Source: Camelus ferus (taxonomy: Eukaryota). From it: 64,000 nucleotides of DNA. Location: contig NC_045696.1 in the NCBI RefSeq assembly GCF_009834535.1, forward strand, positions 25,608,001-25,672,000. Direction: 5' to 3'. This document shows, in pieces, positions 1-12,520 of the stretch (positions within the stretch are counted from its first letter, which is position 1; the number at the start of each line of letters is the position of its first letter). A program made the translations under genes and the position numbers. Below the pieces are notes generated by a model. It made no database searches, was not told where the DNA came from, and saw only the letters and a program-made list of their open reading frames with translations.

Positions 1-451
1 TTTGCTGTGGTCTGACTTTTTTGCTCATATATTCTCTACACAGTTTTTTAAACTGTGTACTCTTCATTGTATGATTAACAAAATGATTTTTATATCTTAT
101 AATAAAAATATAAAACATTAAACATTTCATGAGAGGAAATAAAATGGATTCTTATTATAATAAATATTTTATGATATGATTTGATAAAAACAGGCTTTTA
201 TATATTACTAAATAAGGCCCAGCAAGTCTGAAAAAAATTCTGTAAAATCTTTATCCATGGATTTGTCTAGTGTATCTCAAAATTTTGTAATTCTTCAAAG
301 TATTTTCTTTCCATATTAAAAAAGAATTTTAAAAATAAATTTTACTAACTCCATTTCTTTGGCTGCTATGAAGTTGAAAAAATTCTGACATAGGCCAAAA
401 TACTCCTCTCTCCCTCTCTCCTGAGGACCATGCAATATTGTTAGTCAATGT

Positions 452-665
452 GGGAACTGCAAATTCAAATGCCTCAGGGGTCAAACAGGTATCTTAAACA
501 TGTGAGGCTCCTAGTGGAAGATGGTGTGAGCAGAAGCACCTAATAATCTGAAGAATTTAGGCACCAACTAAAGACATGCAATTTAAAAATTTAAAAAGCT
601 GGATGTGGGCCAAATAAAATCCCTAAGCAACTGGCTGAAAGCAAGGCCGCCATTTTGTAACTTAG
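452..665 (+). mobile_element. hAT-Charlie MITE, MER102-like, degraded
   Basis: The 5' 'gcaaattcaaatgcctcaggggtcaaacaggta' and 3' 'atgtgggccaaataaaat...ggccgccattttgtaac' match both ends of the MER102 consensus as I recall it; there is an internal deletion. Confidence 0.55.
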
Positions 666-3415
666 CCCAATAAGCACTATGCTTTGGTCTAGACCCAAAT
701 AATGCCTTTATTTCTGCACAAAGTTTGATGAAGAGTTTATTTGACCTACCAAGGTAAATCTCCTAGGTAGACAGGGGCATAGATTTCAGAATACTCCCAC
801 ACTTTGGATGGGGTTTGCTTTTTAAAACAAATTCAATTTCTAACTAGCTTAGAGCTTCCAAAATCAGCGAAAATAATAAACAGTGAATATTGCCATGGTA
901 GTAATAATTAGCCTTGTCTGACCATCGATGGTTTATTTCTAAGGACCTCAAAGTGGTAGTTTGAGAACAAAGTGGAAAAGGAGGCAGTTGAGAGTGGGAG
1001 GGTTTCTTCCTTTCTTCTCTGGAGGCAGAGGATGGTTCAGAAGCAGAGATCTGGAAATCCTACTCTGGGATATAGGATGTAAAGCACTTTAGAAGGCAAA
1101 TTGGACACAAATCTGGCCATGTTTTTTCCAGTGCTGCTTCAGTTGCCCCCCTCCTCCCACTATTCCATCCCCATCCTTTGTATGAAGTGGTGAAACTTTC
1201 TAAGTCCAAATTTTACAATTTTAGCTTGGTTTTAGGAACTTGATGGACCCAATTGGATGGGGGACCACAAGTAGTTCTCTCTGGGACTATGTAAGAGCAA
1301 TGTGATGTATGCGGAATGCTATAACCACTACTGTTAGGAGCTGAATTACCATTACTGTTGCTGTTTGCAATATTTATGAATTTAATTAAATCTTTATTTT
1401 TATCAGTGCATTAACTTCTTAAGTTTTCTTCTCAGCACACATTATTATTATTATATCCTGTGGATCCTAATTTGAAATAGAGCCTTTAATTAAAAGAGAT
1501 TTGCTCTCTCACAGTACTCAATATATAATAATAATCTCTAAAATTTGCTTCTTACAATCGTATTTTTCCTATGATCATGCATATACTAATTTATACTAAT
1601 ATAATTAAAGTTGAATATAATAAATAGGGTGTCTCATGTGAGCTAAAAATGCAGAAGCTACATATTTTATGGTTTTTACATGCATTCTATAACTCACTTG
1701 TTTGCATTTACACAAAACGTCTTGTATAATTTTTAAAAAAATATACACAGCTAAAGAAATGGTTATTAAGAGTTTCATAAAACTTGTGTGCAAGTTAGTT
1801 TTAATTAATGTTTTTATTTAACTGTTGTATATATTTTAGCTTTCACACATTTCATAGGATTCCATGGTTTTGTTGTTTTCTGTTTAGTTAAAAAAAAAGT
1901 AATTTTTTGTTTAGGAAAGATCATGTAATTCCTATAGTAGCTTTTTTAAAATAGTAGTTGCTTTCAGGTATGTTTCTAGGCTAGTTTTGCCACAAAAGGT
2001 TAAATTATTTGGCTTTTGTCATCTCATGAGTGTATGGAGAAGTGAGAAATGAAATAGCTTCCGTATGGCTGCCAGAAATGTCACCTATATTCAATATACT
2101 ACGTAAGAGTCAATCAGCAAGTGTCAAAGCAGAGGGCTAAGCCCAAAACTCTGGTTCTATTCACTATGCTTTCTATCCCTGGGGCAAATCTGAATCCTCA
2201 ATTCATATCAATATATTGTATACTATAAGGGGCATGTAGGAGTGAACAGTTGTGTCTTGTTCACCACTGTGTAACTGGAGCCTTCTGTGGTGTCACAATG
2301 AATGAATAAAAATATTTCACTATAAAGAGGACATGCATTTATAGTATTTGGAAAAATGATTGTTTTACACTTCTATATATAAATTATTTTTATTCTTCAA
2401 TTGTTGTATTCAATCTGTAAAGATAATTTTGTTGTTGTTGTTTTGTTGTTGTTAAAGATTGGTCATTTTATATGCTTGACTTATAAATCCTGAAATGGAA
2501 TAATTTATTTTAGGTGAGCTAATCTATTTTTTTTTAATCTATTGTTTGGATCTATTCTAGATGCTATGAGAAATTCACAGGAAATATAATATATCTTTCT
2601 TGTCCTTATTTTATACACTTGTTGGAAAAACTTGACACAAATAAATAAAAACTTAAGAAATGCCATAAGGCATTAAACGATTAACTAGTTTGCATATCTT
2701 TTTTAAATAGTCAAGTAAAGCAGAAGTAATAAATGGAAACCTCTAATTGAAGAGCTTTAGGTATAATTTACATAAGATTACTCCAGTATAAAGATATCTT
2801 GAAAAATAAGTAGAAAATGTTATTTTAGGCATGTACTCATTTAGGGCTTTTTTTTCCCCCAGTGCCACCCAGGACATTTAAAAACAGGTGCTTACGGATA
2901 CTTGGAGAACAATGTTTGCCTTCTCCCCTGTGGAATATAACATTTGAAATGAAACTCATCCCTTATCTGATATTGAAGCATTAACCAAAATGCCCCACTG
3001 ATTTAAAAAGCTCTTCACTGCACTTGAATGTGTTTTAACATTTACAGTGTCATTTGAACAGCATGCCTCACACAATACTTCTCAGGAAATCTACTTGTTA
3101 TTTCAGAGCATAAATCTGAAAATTCTAGGCATTCATTCTCATAAATGCTTTCTTGTAATTTTAAAATTACTCTGCCTTTGAAAATTTCTTTCAGAAAAAA
3201 ATGGCAGTTGAGGCTCGTAAACTCATTTAGCAGGTGACTCTGATCTATGCAGGTGAGGACTTCCTAGCATCCTCCTCCATTTACTTGGTTCCAGCTCCTT
3301 AACTGTCAGTGTCTGTGGGTCTTTTCTAAGGGATGGTTCAGATTCTCTCAGAAAGAACGCCTAATCTCCTGTCTAAGGGCTTTAAGCTTGGATATTAGCC
3401 TTCGAAATCTACCTA

Positions 3416-3715
3416 GATTTGCATTTCTCTGATGATTAGTGATGAGCATTTCATGTGTCTGTTGGCCATCTATATTTCCGCTTTGGAAAAATGTCTATTC
3501 AGTTCTTATGCCCATTTTTTAATTGTGGTTTTTTTTTGATGTTGAGTTGTATGAGATATTTATATATGTTGGATATCAACCCCTTATCGGTCATATCATT
3601 CGCAAATCTTTTCTCCCATTCAGTAGGCTGTCTTTTCATTTTGTCAGTGGTTTCCTTTGCTGTGCAAAAGTTTTTACATTTAGTTAGGTCCTATTTGTTT
3701 ATTTCTTTTTGTTCT
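3416..3715 (-). mobile_element. LINE-1 ORF2 3' fragment (antisense)
   Basis: 'gatttgcatttctctgatgattagtgatgagcatttcatgtgtctgttggccatc...tttgctgtgcaaaag' is typical L1 antisense sequence and is homologous to about 50862-51170 in this window. Confidence 0.9.
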
Positions 3716-3789
3716 TACTTCTTTTCAACTATGTTTTTTTTCTAAATCCCATTCTCCTGGTAGTCTCTTCAATTTCCTTCTCAATTCCT

Positions 3790-3925
3790 TTCACTAGAAC
3801 AGTAATCTGTTCTTGATACCTCTTCACCTCCATTACTTTGCTTTTTCATTCCTTAATCCTATGCAATGTGGTTACAGTCCTCGCCTCCCCAAAGCAAGTT
3901 TTCTTAAAGATCTCCAGTGAACAAT
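3790..3925 (+). mobile_element. L2 fragment
   Basis: 'ttaatcctatgcaatgtggttacagtcctc...ttcttaaagatctccagtga' resembles the L2 ORF2 3' region. Confidence 0.4.
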
Positions 3926-3947
3926 TGTTACAGACTTTACTTAGAAC

Positions 3948-4070
3948 CTGGGGTTTTCATACTTCATTGTGCATCAGAAACACTAGGAGAGCTTGTTAAA
4001 CTACAGAAGGCTGAACCCCACCCCAGAGTTTCCAGAATGGGGCCTGAGAGTTTGCATTTCTGACTAGTTA
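3948..4070 (+). mobile_element. MER5A-like hAT-Charlie MITE (partial)
   Basis: 'gcatcagaaacactaggagagcttgttaaactacagaaggctgaaccccaccccagagtttc...ggggcctgagagtttgcatttctgac'. Confidence 0.8.
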
Positions 4071-4923
4071 ACAATACACCAATTACTTCATCTTCCACTA
4101 GGGTCTTGTGGCCACTTTATAGGAAAGGAAAAGTAGGTACAGAATTTAAATAATCGTCTATCCTCTAAGTTTGAGAACTGTTCACATATTGTAAACTGCT
4201 CATAAGAGTGTCTGACAAATCATAAGTAAAAATCAATAAATGTTAACTTTAAAAACTACTCAAAACAATTATGTGGCATCTATCATTGGCCTTATTTTTG
4301 GATAAAGAAAAAAGTCAGATTGTGGATAGAAGGATTTGCTTTCACCATTGCTTTCTAGAACCCAACAGGATAGATTTTTGAGCAATGCAGAAATGGAAAT
4401 AGGCAAAAAATTAAAAGATTTGTACAACTCAAGAATAAGCTTAACAAAAAATTACCTGCAAAAGATTCCTTTTGTTTAACTTCAGATTTTTCATTGATAA
4501 CCTATTTTCTTAATTTCTAGAATATCAATATAACCTATTTATTATTCTTATATTTTAACGTTATCTACAAAGTAGAATACAATGGAATGAATGATTTAAA
4601 CATGCTTTGACTATAATATAGAAAAAGTTTAGTAGCTGATTTCAAGGTAATTGTTCACACATTCAGAATTGGAACTACCCCATTGAAAATGGCTTGACTA
4701 TTAAAGTTTTATAGATGCATTTTACATATTCTAGCCAATCATACATTTCAATCAGTGATATTTCTTAGTATTTTCCAGAAATCCACATTCTGATTGGTAT
4801 TCTACAAACAAAAGGGATACATTCAAAACTAAAGCCACATCCTTATAATAAATTAAATGAAAAAATTAAATCCTAAAGAAACACAATTTAGAGATCTTAT
4901 GCCTTGCTTAAAATTACAGGGCA

Positions 4924-5054
4924 GGGGAGGAGGGTATAGCTCAGTGGTAGAGCACATGCTTAGCATGCACAAGGTCCCAGGTTCAATAGCCAGTACCTCC
5001 ATCGAATAAATAAATAAATAACTCTAATTACCCCCCCAAAACAAAGAAACAAAA
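4924..5054 (+). mobile_element. tRNA-derived SINE, camelid Vic-1-like, full length with TSD
   Basis: Pol III A box (tagctcagtgg), B box (ggttcaatagcc) and (taaa)n/A-rich tail. Exact 14-bp TSD aaaattacagggca at 4910-4923 and 5055-5068, inserted at a TT/AAAA L1-endonuclease site. Confidence 0.9.
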
Positions 5055-5403
5055 AAAATTACAGGGCAACCCACCAGGTGCTGATAGTCTTGAAAGGGCC
5101 CATGTGGAGAAATTTATTGTGCCGAGTGCCAGGCTTCACCCCCACCGGTGCTCCCCACTCCCCCCAATTAGGGACCTCACAACTCTTAGTCACAGGATGA
5201 CATCCTTTACCTAAGGGAATCCAGATGGATCCTCAATTCCAAACTGATAGCAGTTACGCAAGTCCTTGTAAAGGAAGTGTCAAAGATTTACAAAGACGGA
5301 AAGGGAGAAAAATTCTGGTAGATACTATGCCTCCTAGCTGTATTCTGCCTCTCCAGAACACACACACACAGAGCTGTACAACATGCAAATTAAGTAGTAC
5401 AAA

Positions 5404-5555
5404 TAGTAGTTCTTAATCTTCAACGTGCGTACAACTCACCTAAGGATTTTGTTAAAAATACTGATTGTGACTTAGTAGGACTGGGGTGGGACCTGAAGAT
5501 CTGTATTTTGAAGGACTCGAAGGACTTGCCCCAGGCCGTGAAACCACACTCTATC
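5404..5555 (+). mobile_element. MER5-family MITE
   Basis: 'agtagttcttaatctt...actcacctaaggattttgttaaaaatactgatt...agtaggactggggtgggacctgaagatctgtatttt...accacactct'. Confidence 0.65.
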
Positions 5556-6069
5556 TAAGTCACAAGGCCTTGACACATAAGCTTAGATTTTGAGGAAGTG
5601 TGGTTATTCCTTTTAAATCAAAATATGTTGAGGTTTGAATTTCTGGTTTAGAGATTGAGTGAAAAAAACCAATTTTTTTATTATTTAAAGGAAAGAGCTT
5701 AATAGCTCGTTTTGAAAGTGTCATGAATATTTATTGTGTTTATTCCTTGAGAATAAAAGTAGGAAAGGGCTAAAAGTGGCCTAGAGCCATAGACTATTTG
5801 TCAAAATATAATGACACATCATTAGCCATCTTTAGTCAAAATCTCTAGATTTATTCTGGGTCCTTTTTACATGCCTATCTATGAAAAGTTCCATGAACTT
5901 CCTCTGGTGGAAAGTTTTCCTGAAGAATATGAAAGATTAATAAAAACCCTTTCTACCTGATCTTCCAAGGACAAGCCTGGGAAACAGATTCAAGGGTGAG
6001 TATTCTCCTTGCCTTAATTCCCAGGTAGAAATCAGAGAGCAATCTACATACTGTAGAACACACTTCCTT

Positions 6070-6222
6070 GTATTTTTCTAAGCTTATGGCTTCCTTTGAA
6101 AATAATGATTTTCTTCCTAGAAAAATTCACATGTACAAATACAGAGCATTTTTTAACTGTCTGTAGAGTTCGTGGACACTCTGAAGTCCAGATCATAAAT
6201 GGACCCCCAAATTAACCTTAGT
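6070..6222. mobile_element. hAT-Charlie MITE (MER117-like), degraded
   Basis: 'ttcctagaaaaattcacatgtacaaat...gttcgtggacactctgaagtcc...atggacccccaaattaac' resembles the recalled consensus. Confidence 0.4.
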
Positions 6223-7489
6223 TTAGAGTCTTCTGTACTTGAAGTCTACCTAGACTAGGGCTTAGTGTTGACAAACTGGAACAGATATCACTTTTGTGGT
6301 GTGCTCTACAGGAGTTTGGATCAACTCCAAGGTTTGTTCAGACGGTACTCCACAGAAATGCTAATAACAAAGATTTGTAAAAGATACAATGTAGCTTCAA
6401 GCAGAAGAAGAGGATTCTATCTCTTCTAAGTCTCAGAATTTAAACACCTCTAGATAATTTTTTTCTCAATATTCCAAAAGTACAAAAATCCTGAGGGGGA
6501 CATAAATTCATGCTTGTTTGTACTTTTACTGGAGGCAGTTTTTCTACAATGTTGGTTGAAGGAGTCATAAGTCCATTGACTTATGGCTTGAAAGTATGGT
6601 AAGTTTTTTTTAGTTCCTTCAAAATTATTTAAAAGGTACTTTTGCCATTTAATGGATGTAGTAAATTTATTTACACACTAACGTGGTTACATGTGCTATA
6701 TTGTTAAGTTTTTTAAAGGGAGATTTAGAAAGAAAAAAATGAACATTGCAATTATATCTTTGGATTTGAAAAAATAAAATGTGAGCAAAATCTGTCTTGA
6801 CAGGAAGAATTTCGGATGTGTTTCTTCTTTCTTTTTTCCTTTTGGCTTCTTTTTGGGGTGTATGTTTGTTTTTCTAAGATGAACTAAAACAACTTACATA
6901 TTCTCAGGCTCTCCAGATTTCAACCTTGGTCTTTACTCTTCTCTTTAGCACCCACAATTAGAAACATCCTGATTTCTCATCTCATGCACCCAGTGTTCTG
7001 CCTACCATGTGTTTCTAAAAAAATCTTACGACTGCAGACATACTGCAATTCAGTGGCTTTTTTTTTCACCTCAACCAACCTCTAGCTCAAGTACCACTTC
7101 CAACTCCTTCTGAGTCACTTTTCTTATCTTCTTCACTTTACTCTTTGGGTTTGTGCCTATCACCCCATACCAGTGTAGTTACCACTCTACCTCAGACTAG
7201 ATAGAGTTGCCTCCTGACTTCACCACAACACAAATTAATTTTACCAGATTAACAAAATGTTAATGCCCTAAAATAGCAGAAGGAAATTATATTCTTGAAA
7301 AAAAGTTAAAACTAGTACTATGTACGACTGTCTTAGGGTTATTAGTTAGACACCCCCCCCCCCCGCCAGTGTTTGTTTCTTCAGTGTTTGTAGGCTATAG
7401 CTTAACATTCCTTAATGGAAGTGTCATTGACCACGTGCCAAGATAATGTACCCAAGGGAGATCCAGACCCCTAATCTTCTCTTGGTTTT

Positions 7490-7585
7490 AGAGAAAGGAG
7501 AAGAAAGAGGAGGAAAAGGAGGACAAAGCAGAAGAGAGTGGAGAGGAAGAGGAAGAAAAAGAGGAAGAGGAAGACGGGGGGGAGA
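7490..7585 (+). repeat. Purine-rich (GA) low-complexity tract
   Basis: About 95 nt that are almost entirely A/G (gagaaaggagaagaaagaggagg...). Confidence 0.9.
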
Positions 7586-7619
7586 TACAAGAAGCAATCA
7601 TGTTACACTCAGACTAAGT

Positions 7620-7784
7620 CAGTGGTACCCAGTAACACAAGAGATTCACTGGGATGATTTCAAATTTACTAAATCCCTGCCATACCCTGACCAACTGAAG
7701 AACAATTTCTTGTGAGACCCTTGAAATAGGTATTTCTTCAAGCTCATCAGGTGATTCTAAGTGTCACCAAGTTGAGAACCATTG
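7620..7784 (-). mobile_element. MER5A-like hAT MITE with 8-bp TSD
   Basis: Termini cagtggt...accattg; internal 'caggtgattctaa...gttgagaacc'; flanks gactaagt (7612-7619) and gtctaagt (7785-7792) match 7/8. Confidence 0.75.
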
Positions 7785-8910
7785 GTCTAAGTTCTACCTC
7801 CCAATCAAGAAAATAATCTGTAGAGAAACAACTTTATTCCCAAGGAAGACAACACATTTTGTCTTGTTTGGCAAAATAATTTATCTCCATAGTGTTTATT
7901 CCAGAATGGTTCAGTAGTTCTCCACCTGCCTACTCCACGCAGAAGAACTCCAGTGGATTGTAGGTGAACTCAAACCTCCAACTATAATAATAATACCATT
8001 AATATTTTGAAATTAGATTTCCCAGCACTCATGGTTTTAAAGATGTTAGGACCATATGTTGGGGGGAAAACAAGTTTAAATATCCTCAGATTTCTCTACT
8101 TTTTGCAATCCCAGCAAATATAAGTTTTCCTAGGCACATGGCCAGGAGTACGAGGCAGCAGTAGATTCATCATTCCTTTATAAAGCAATAGCCAGAAGTT
8201 AAGACTTTTTAACCTCTTGTACTTTTTAATAAGAAAAAAGTTTATTTTTCATATAATATATACATAACCTTGAATTGTGTGAAATCATTTTGTGAAAATA
8301 CAGTCATAAGTTACTATAATACATGTCTTATACTTACTAGTAATATAAAGTGTGACAGCTAGTGTCTAGTGGTCAAGCACACTCCCAAGGTTGTATCTTT
8401 CCTGATTGTGTATAACTGTCATTGTTCATATCCTGTCGTTACTAACCTATAGGATGTGTTTTCACTGGCAGAGGGAGAAAGTATGCGTTTGATCTGTGGA
8501 GTTTCCCCTCCTCCTCCTCTTCTTCATTTATTTGAAGGCTAGACAAATGGCAGGTAGCTGGTCTACCTTCTTCTGGGTTCCTTTATAATGAACTTGGAAT
8601 TAATGAAATAGTATCAGACTGATCAAAGGAAACTGATTACACTCTACAGTGTAGGGGTGTGGTAGAGAGAGGTTTTGTGGAGATATGTTGATCTAGTTTT
8701 GGAATTCTTCACTATTGATATTATAATACAAGACAAACAAGCTCTTACTGAACTCTGAGTTATTCACCTTTTAAGTTGAAGCATCTATCTACTAGATCTC
8801 TGATTTTTGTTTTTGTTTTGAAGTTTTTTTTTCTCTGAAAAAAAAGTATGTATATATAGATGAATAGATGGATATTGTATGTGTTTATTTGACATTAACT
8901 CAATGTCATT

Positions 8911-9160
8911 AGTGCTGTGCTTAAAAGAAGAGTTCTGGAGACAGACAGTTGGATTATAATTCTTGTCTGGCCACTAATAAATAGTTGTATTAAGTTGAGC
9001 AAGTGCTCAATTTCTCAGTGATTTACTTTCCATTTCTGTAAAATGGGACTAATCAGTGGGGTTAAATGGAATAATATATATGAGTTTTTATGGGATAATT
9101 CATAAAAGTCCTTAAAATTGTACCTGGCATGGAGTAAACCCTGATTATTTGTTATCTGCT
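8911..9160 (+). mobile_element. MIR SINE
   Basis: 'ttctggagacagac...gagcaagtgctcaatttctcagtg...ttctgtaaaatggg...cctggcatggagtaa'. Confidence 0.75.
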
Positions 9161-9204
9161 TTCTTGCAAGAATGGTTGTTGTCATCATAATCAGGCAGGC
9201 TTTA

Positions 9205-9368
9205 GTCACATATAATTTACTGCAACACCTCTGCTTATTAGTACAATTAACTCCATTTGGCAGATGGGACAGGGATGGCCAATGGTCACCAGGATCGTAA
9301 GTGGTGATTCAAAACTTTAACTGATGTCTTTGACCTCAAACCTGTGACTTTTCCTCTACATAGTGCTT
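9205..9368 (-). mobile_element. MIR SINE (degraded)
   Basis: 'ctccatttggcagatggg...atggtcaccagg...gtaagtggtg...tgtctttgacctcaaacctgtgacttttcc'. Confidence 0.55.
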
Positions 9369-11175
9369 TCATCTTTTTTTTTTTTTTCTAAAATAGTGCT
9401 GTCATTTCTAAATCATTAAATCTTTCCATTTTGCTTTTGGGAAGTGTTATTGATCAATTAAATTATCTGTTAAGAAAAAAAGAAAAACTCATCTTAAATT
9501 ACCTCTGACAAATAAAACCTTGTTAAAATTCCATATTTATTTTATAATGTCTCATGCATACGTTAATTTATGTTTATGGTCAACTCTCCTTTTTTAAATC
9601 TCTAATCTGAGTTATACTGAACTACTTTATATATTAAAATCATGGACTAGAGAAAGTTGTATGTTTCTGTGAAGCTACATAATTTTAAAACTGCATATAA
9701 AATACTTTATGCTGCTTTCTTTACAATTCAGTGCTAAAATCTATAAACCTAAACTTGGAAGTTTTTTTTTTTTTCCCCTAAAAAAGCTTATTCTGCTTCT
9801 TTAGCCTGCAACTTGAATATTTTATTTTAAAAGCTGGTAACAAAAATAACACCATTAGTCCACTTGGTGGGGTAGGAGGCATTGAAATCTAGTTAGAGAT
9901 TTTTCTACTTTAGATACAATATAATTATGTGGTGAAACTCTTTTTGTTCTTTGATTTTATCCTAACTCATGCCTTGCAAAATTAGCAATTCCACACAAGA
10001 TAGTTGTGGTAATTATTTTCTTAAAATTGTCAAAATGTGTGCTAATCCGGGGATAGTTATCTTTATTCCTTCTTTGGCTTATTACAGGTTTAAATTAAGC
10101 TGAGGTTTCTTTAGTGTTATTTTTCCAGAGCCATTGGGATTAGAGATGATGGATTTTGTGGTGCTCTGAGTATAGTTAAGCTCTTGTCAACATAAGTATA
10201 AAATTATTGCTGTGTGCAGTTGGTATGTTTTCGAAGGTAATTAAAGCTAAACATTGTGCAGAGAAAGATGATTAGAAATCTTCAGTTCACAAAGAAATCC
10301 AGCTTTGCTTTGACACTTAAAACCCTCACATTGTTTATATTTTAAACATCTACTGACACTAAAGAAATTAGTGTGATAATTTCAAAATCAACCCAAATAC
10401 TAAAAATTATTTTCTATTAAATGTGTTATTCTTATTTCTGATAGCCAAAGCAACATCTGAATATTTTAGAATCTTACGTGATTTTTTTTTCACTTTAGTT
10501 GTACAACTGGTCTTATATATTTCTTGACAGGGATATATTTAAAAAAAAAAAACAACAAGAAATGGCATCAGACTCAATTATCTATTTGTTATCTTTTTTC
10601 GAAAGCTATCAACTTAAAATTTCCTTTTTTTCTGCTGACATGGCTGATATCACAGTTTTATTAGGGATATGGATGTTGATAAATGCAAAAGAAAGTAGGT
10701 TAATCCCAACAGCTAACATACGTGACATGAACAGTTAATTTGGGTTGCTACTAGCTTCTTTCCACCTTCTCACATAAACTAATCTCTTTCTTTTGTGTGA
10801 TATAGGTGTTTTTGTATTTTCTTGGTAACTTTGCTTTTGAAATCCTAAGAAGAAGATTAGAAACATGATTGTCAATATCAGAAATTTAAAAATGTTCTTA
10901 AGTGAGTACCCCTTCACCATTCAATACAATAGATTTTATATTTTAAATAAACTGGATTATTATTATCTAAAACTTTCCAAGTGACAACAGTGATATCAGA
11001 AAAGATAATTAATCTGAAATCAAATTTTAACAAAAGATATTTTGGTGTTGGGAGGAGTAGGAAGGGAAAATTAGAAAATCCAACACCATAAACCCAGTGC
11101 TGCTGGTTGAAAGTGTTTGAGAAAAAGAAATGTGAACATGTTGATGAAAGATAAATAAAGAGAAAAAGAGACAAG

Positions 11176-11378
11176 ATAATAATAACAGTGTCTGAGTGCT
11201 TACCATGCAATAGCTATTATATTTTAAGTACTTTTCATATATCAGCTGCTCATATCCTCTTAACAGCCTCATGTAGTACATGGTTATTATTCTACTCATT
11301 TTACAGATAAGGAAATTGAGGCTCATAGATACTTTTGAGCTTACCCAAGGTTAGTCAGCAAGTGGTTGAGTTTGGCTT
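11176..11378 (-). mobile_element. MIR SINE
   Basis: MIR core 'cattttacagataaggaaattgaggctcatagat...cttacccaaggttagtcagc'. Confidence 0.85.
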
Positions 11379-11394
11379 AATAAATAACCTGTGG

Positions 11395-12520
11395 GTTCAG
11401 GGGATCAATGGATGCTTTTCTCCAGAGTGAACATAAACTGAGCACTAAAGCAGAAGAGGGGACCAGCCACCTGAAGGGTGTGAGGAGTGGAAGAGCACCC
11501 GGGAAAGGAAATGAGTTGTGCAAAAACACTGGGCCAGGTAAGACTATGGAAGTTGGAGTAGTAGAAGGAGGATGTCTGTGGCTGGAAAGGCATGAGTTTG
11601 GGAGTGAGTGGTACAAGAAGAAGTTAGAGATACATACAAAGTCTAAATTGTATAGAACCTGTAGTCTATAGGAAGAGATTGGATATTGTTTGAAGTGAAA
11701 TCACAAGCCATCCAGCTGATTGACTGACATAAACATGTATTTGCTGTGGGTAAAGATGGGAAGGCAGCTTAGGAGGCTATCATTTTATTCCACACGTAAG
11801 ATCAGTGGCAGTAGCAGTGATAAAGGACACAGTCAGCAAATATTTTGTAGGTGGAATCCATATGAGTCATAGATAAATTTGAACAAGGGATGAAGGTAGG
11901 GAAGGGAGAAATCAAGAATGACACTTTATTATACATTTGTCAAAATCCATAGAATATAGAATTAGAGTGACCCCTAATGTAAATTCTGGATTTTGGATGA
12001 TAGTGGTGTTTCAATGTAGGTTCACTAATTGTTAGGAAAGTACCACTCTGATAGGGTATGTTGATAATCAGGGAGGCTATACCTGTGTGAGAGCAACAGG
12101 AACTCTGCTCTAAACCAAAAACATCTCTAAAAAATAAAGCCTATTACATTTTTAAAAAAATCCTAAAAAAAGTTTGGGCTTGAGTGAAAAAAAAGGGTTG
12201 GTTTTGACTTAGTTAAAAGTGATGGCATTAGTTGAGATGAGGAAGGCTGGAGAGGGTAAGAGTTGTAACAAAAAAATTGTTTCATTATGAGCATGTCAGG
12301 TTGGAGAGATCTGCAGGACATTCAAGAGAGCGTGTCAAGTAAGCAGTTGCATAGGTGGGTGGAGCTCAGAAGAAAGGTCTGGACTGAGGATCTAAATTTG
12401 GGAATTGTTATTATAAAGAAGGGGTTTAAATGATACTATATGATTAGTGAGGCAGAGAAATCAGACAGAGATTAGAGAAAGGCCCAGACCTGAGCACTGA
12501 AGAAACTCCTACATCGTTAG
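11395..12520 (-). mobile_element. L2 (antisense), interrupted by an L1MC-type insertion at 11923-12160
   Basis: Purine-rich L2 antisense motifs on both sides: 'atcaagaatgac'...'gggcttgag', 'gatggcattagttgagatgaggaaggctggagagg', 'ggagctcagaagaaaggtctggactgag'. Confidence 0.75.
11923..12160 (+). mobile_element. L1MC-type 3' end nested in L2
   Basis: 'attatacatttgtcaaaatccatagaat...agagtgacccctaatgtaaa...caatgtaggttcac...accactctg...gttgataat...ggaggctat', then aataaa and an A-tail. Confidence 0.8.

Noticed and set aside
4924..5000. tRNA gene
   Set aside because: The tRNA-like head is followed by an A-rich tail and bounded by a TSD, with no clean acceptor stem or oligo-T terminator. It is a SINE.
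7446..7715. Arg/Gly-rich 89-aa ORF
   Set aside because: Produced by a GA low-complexity tract running into a MER5 element.
11377..11671. Three overlapping ORFs
   Set aside because: They lie within an L2 remnant whose strand-biased composition depletes stops.
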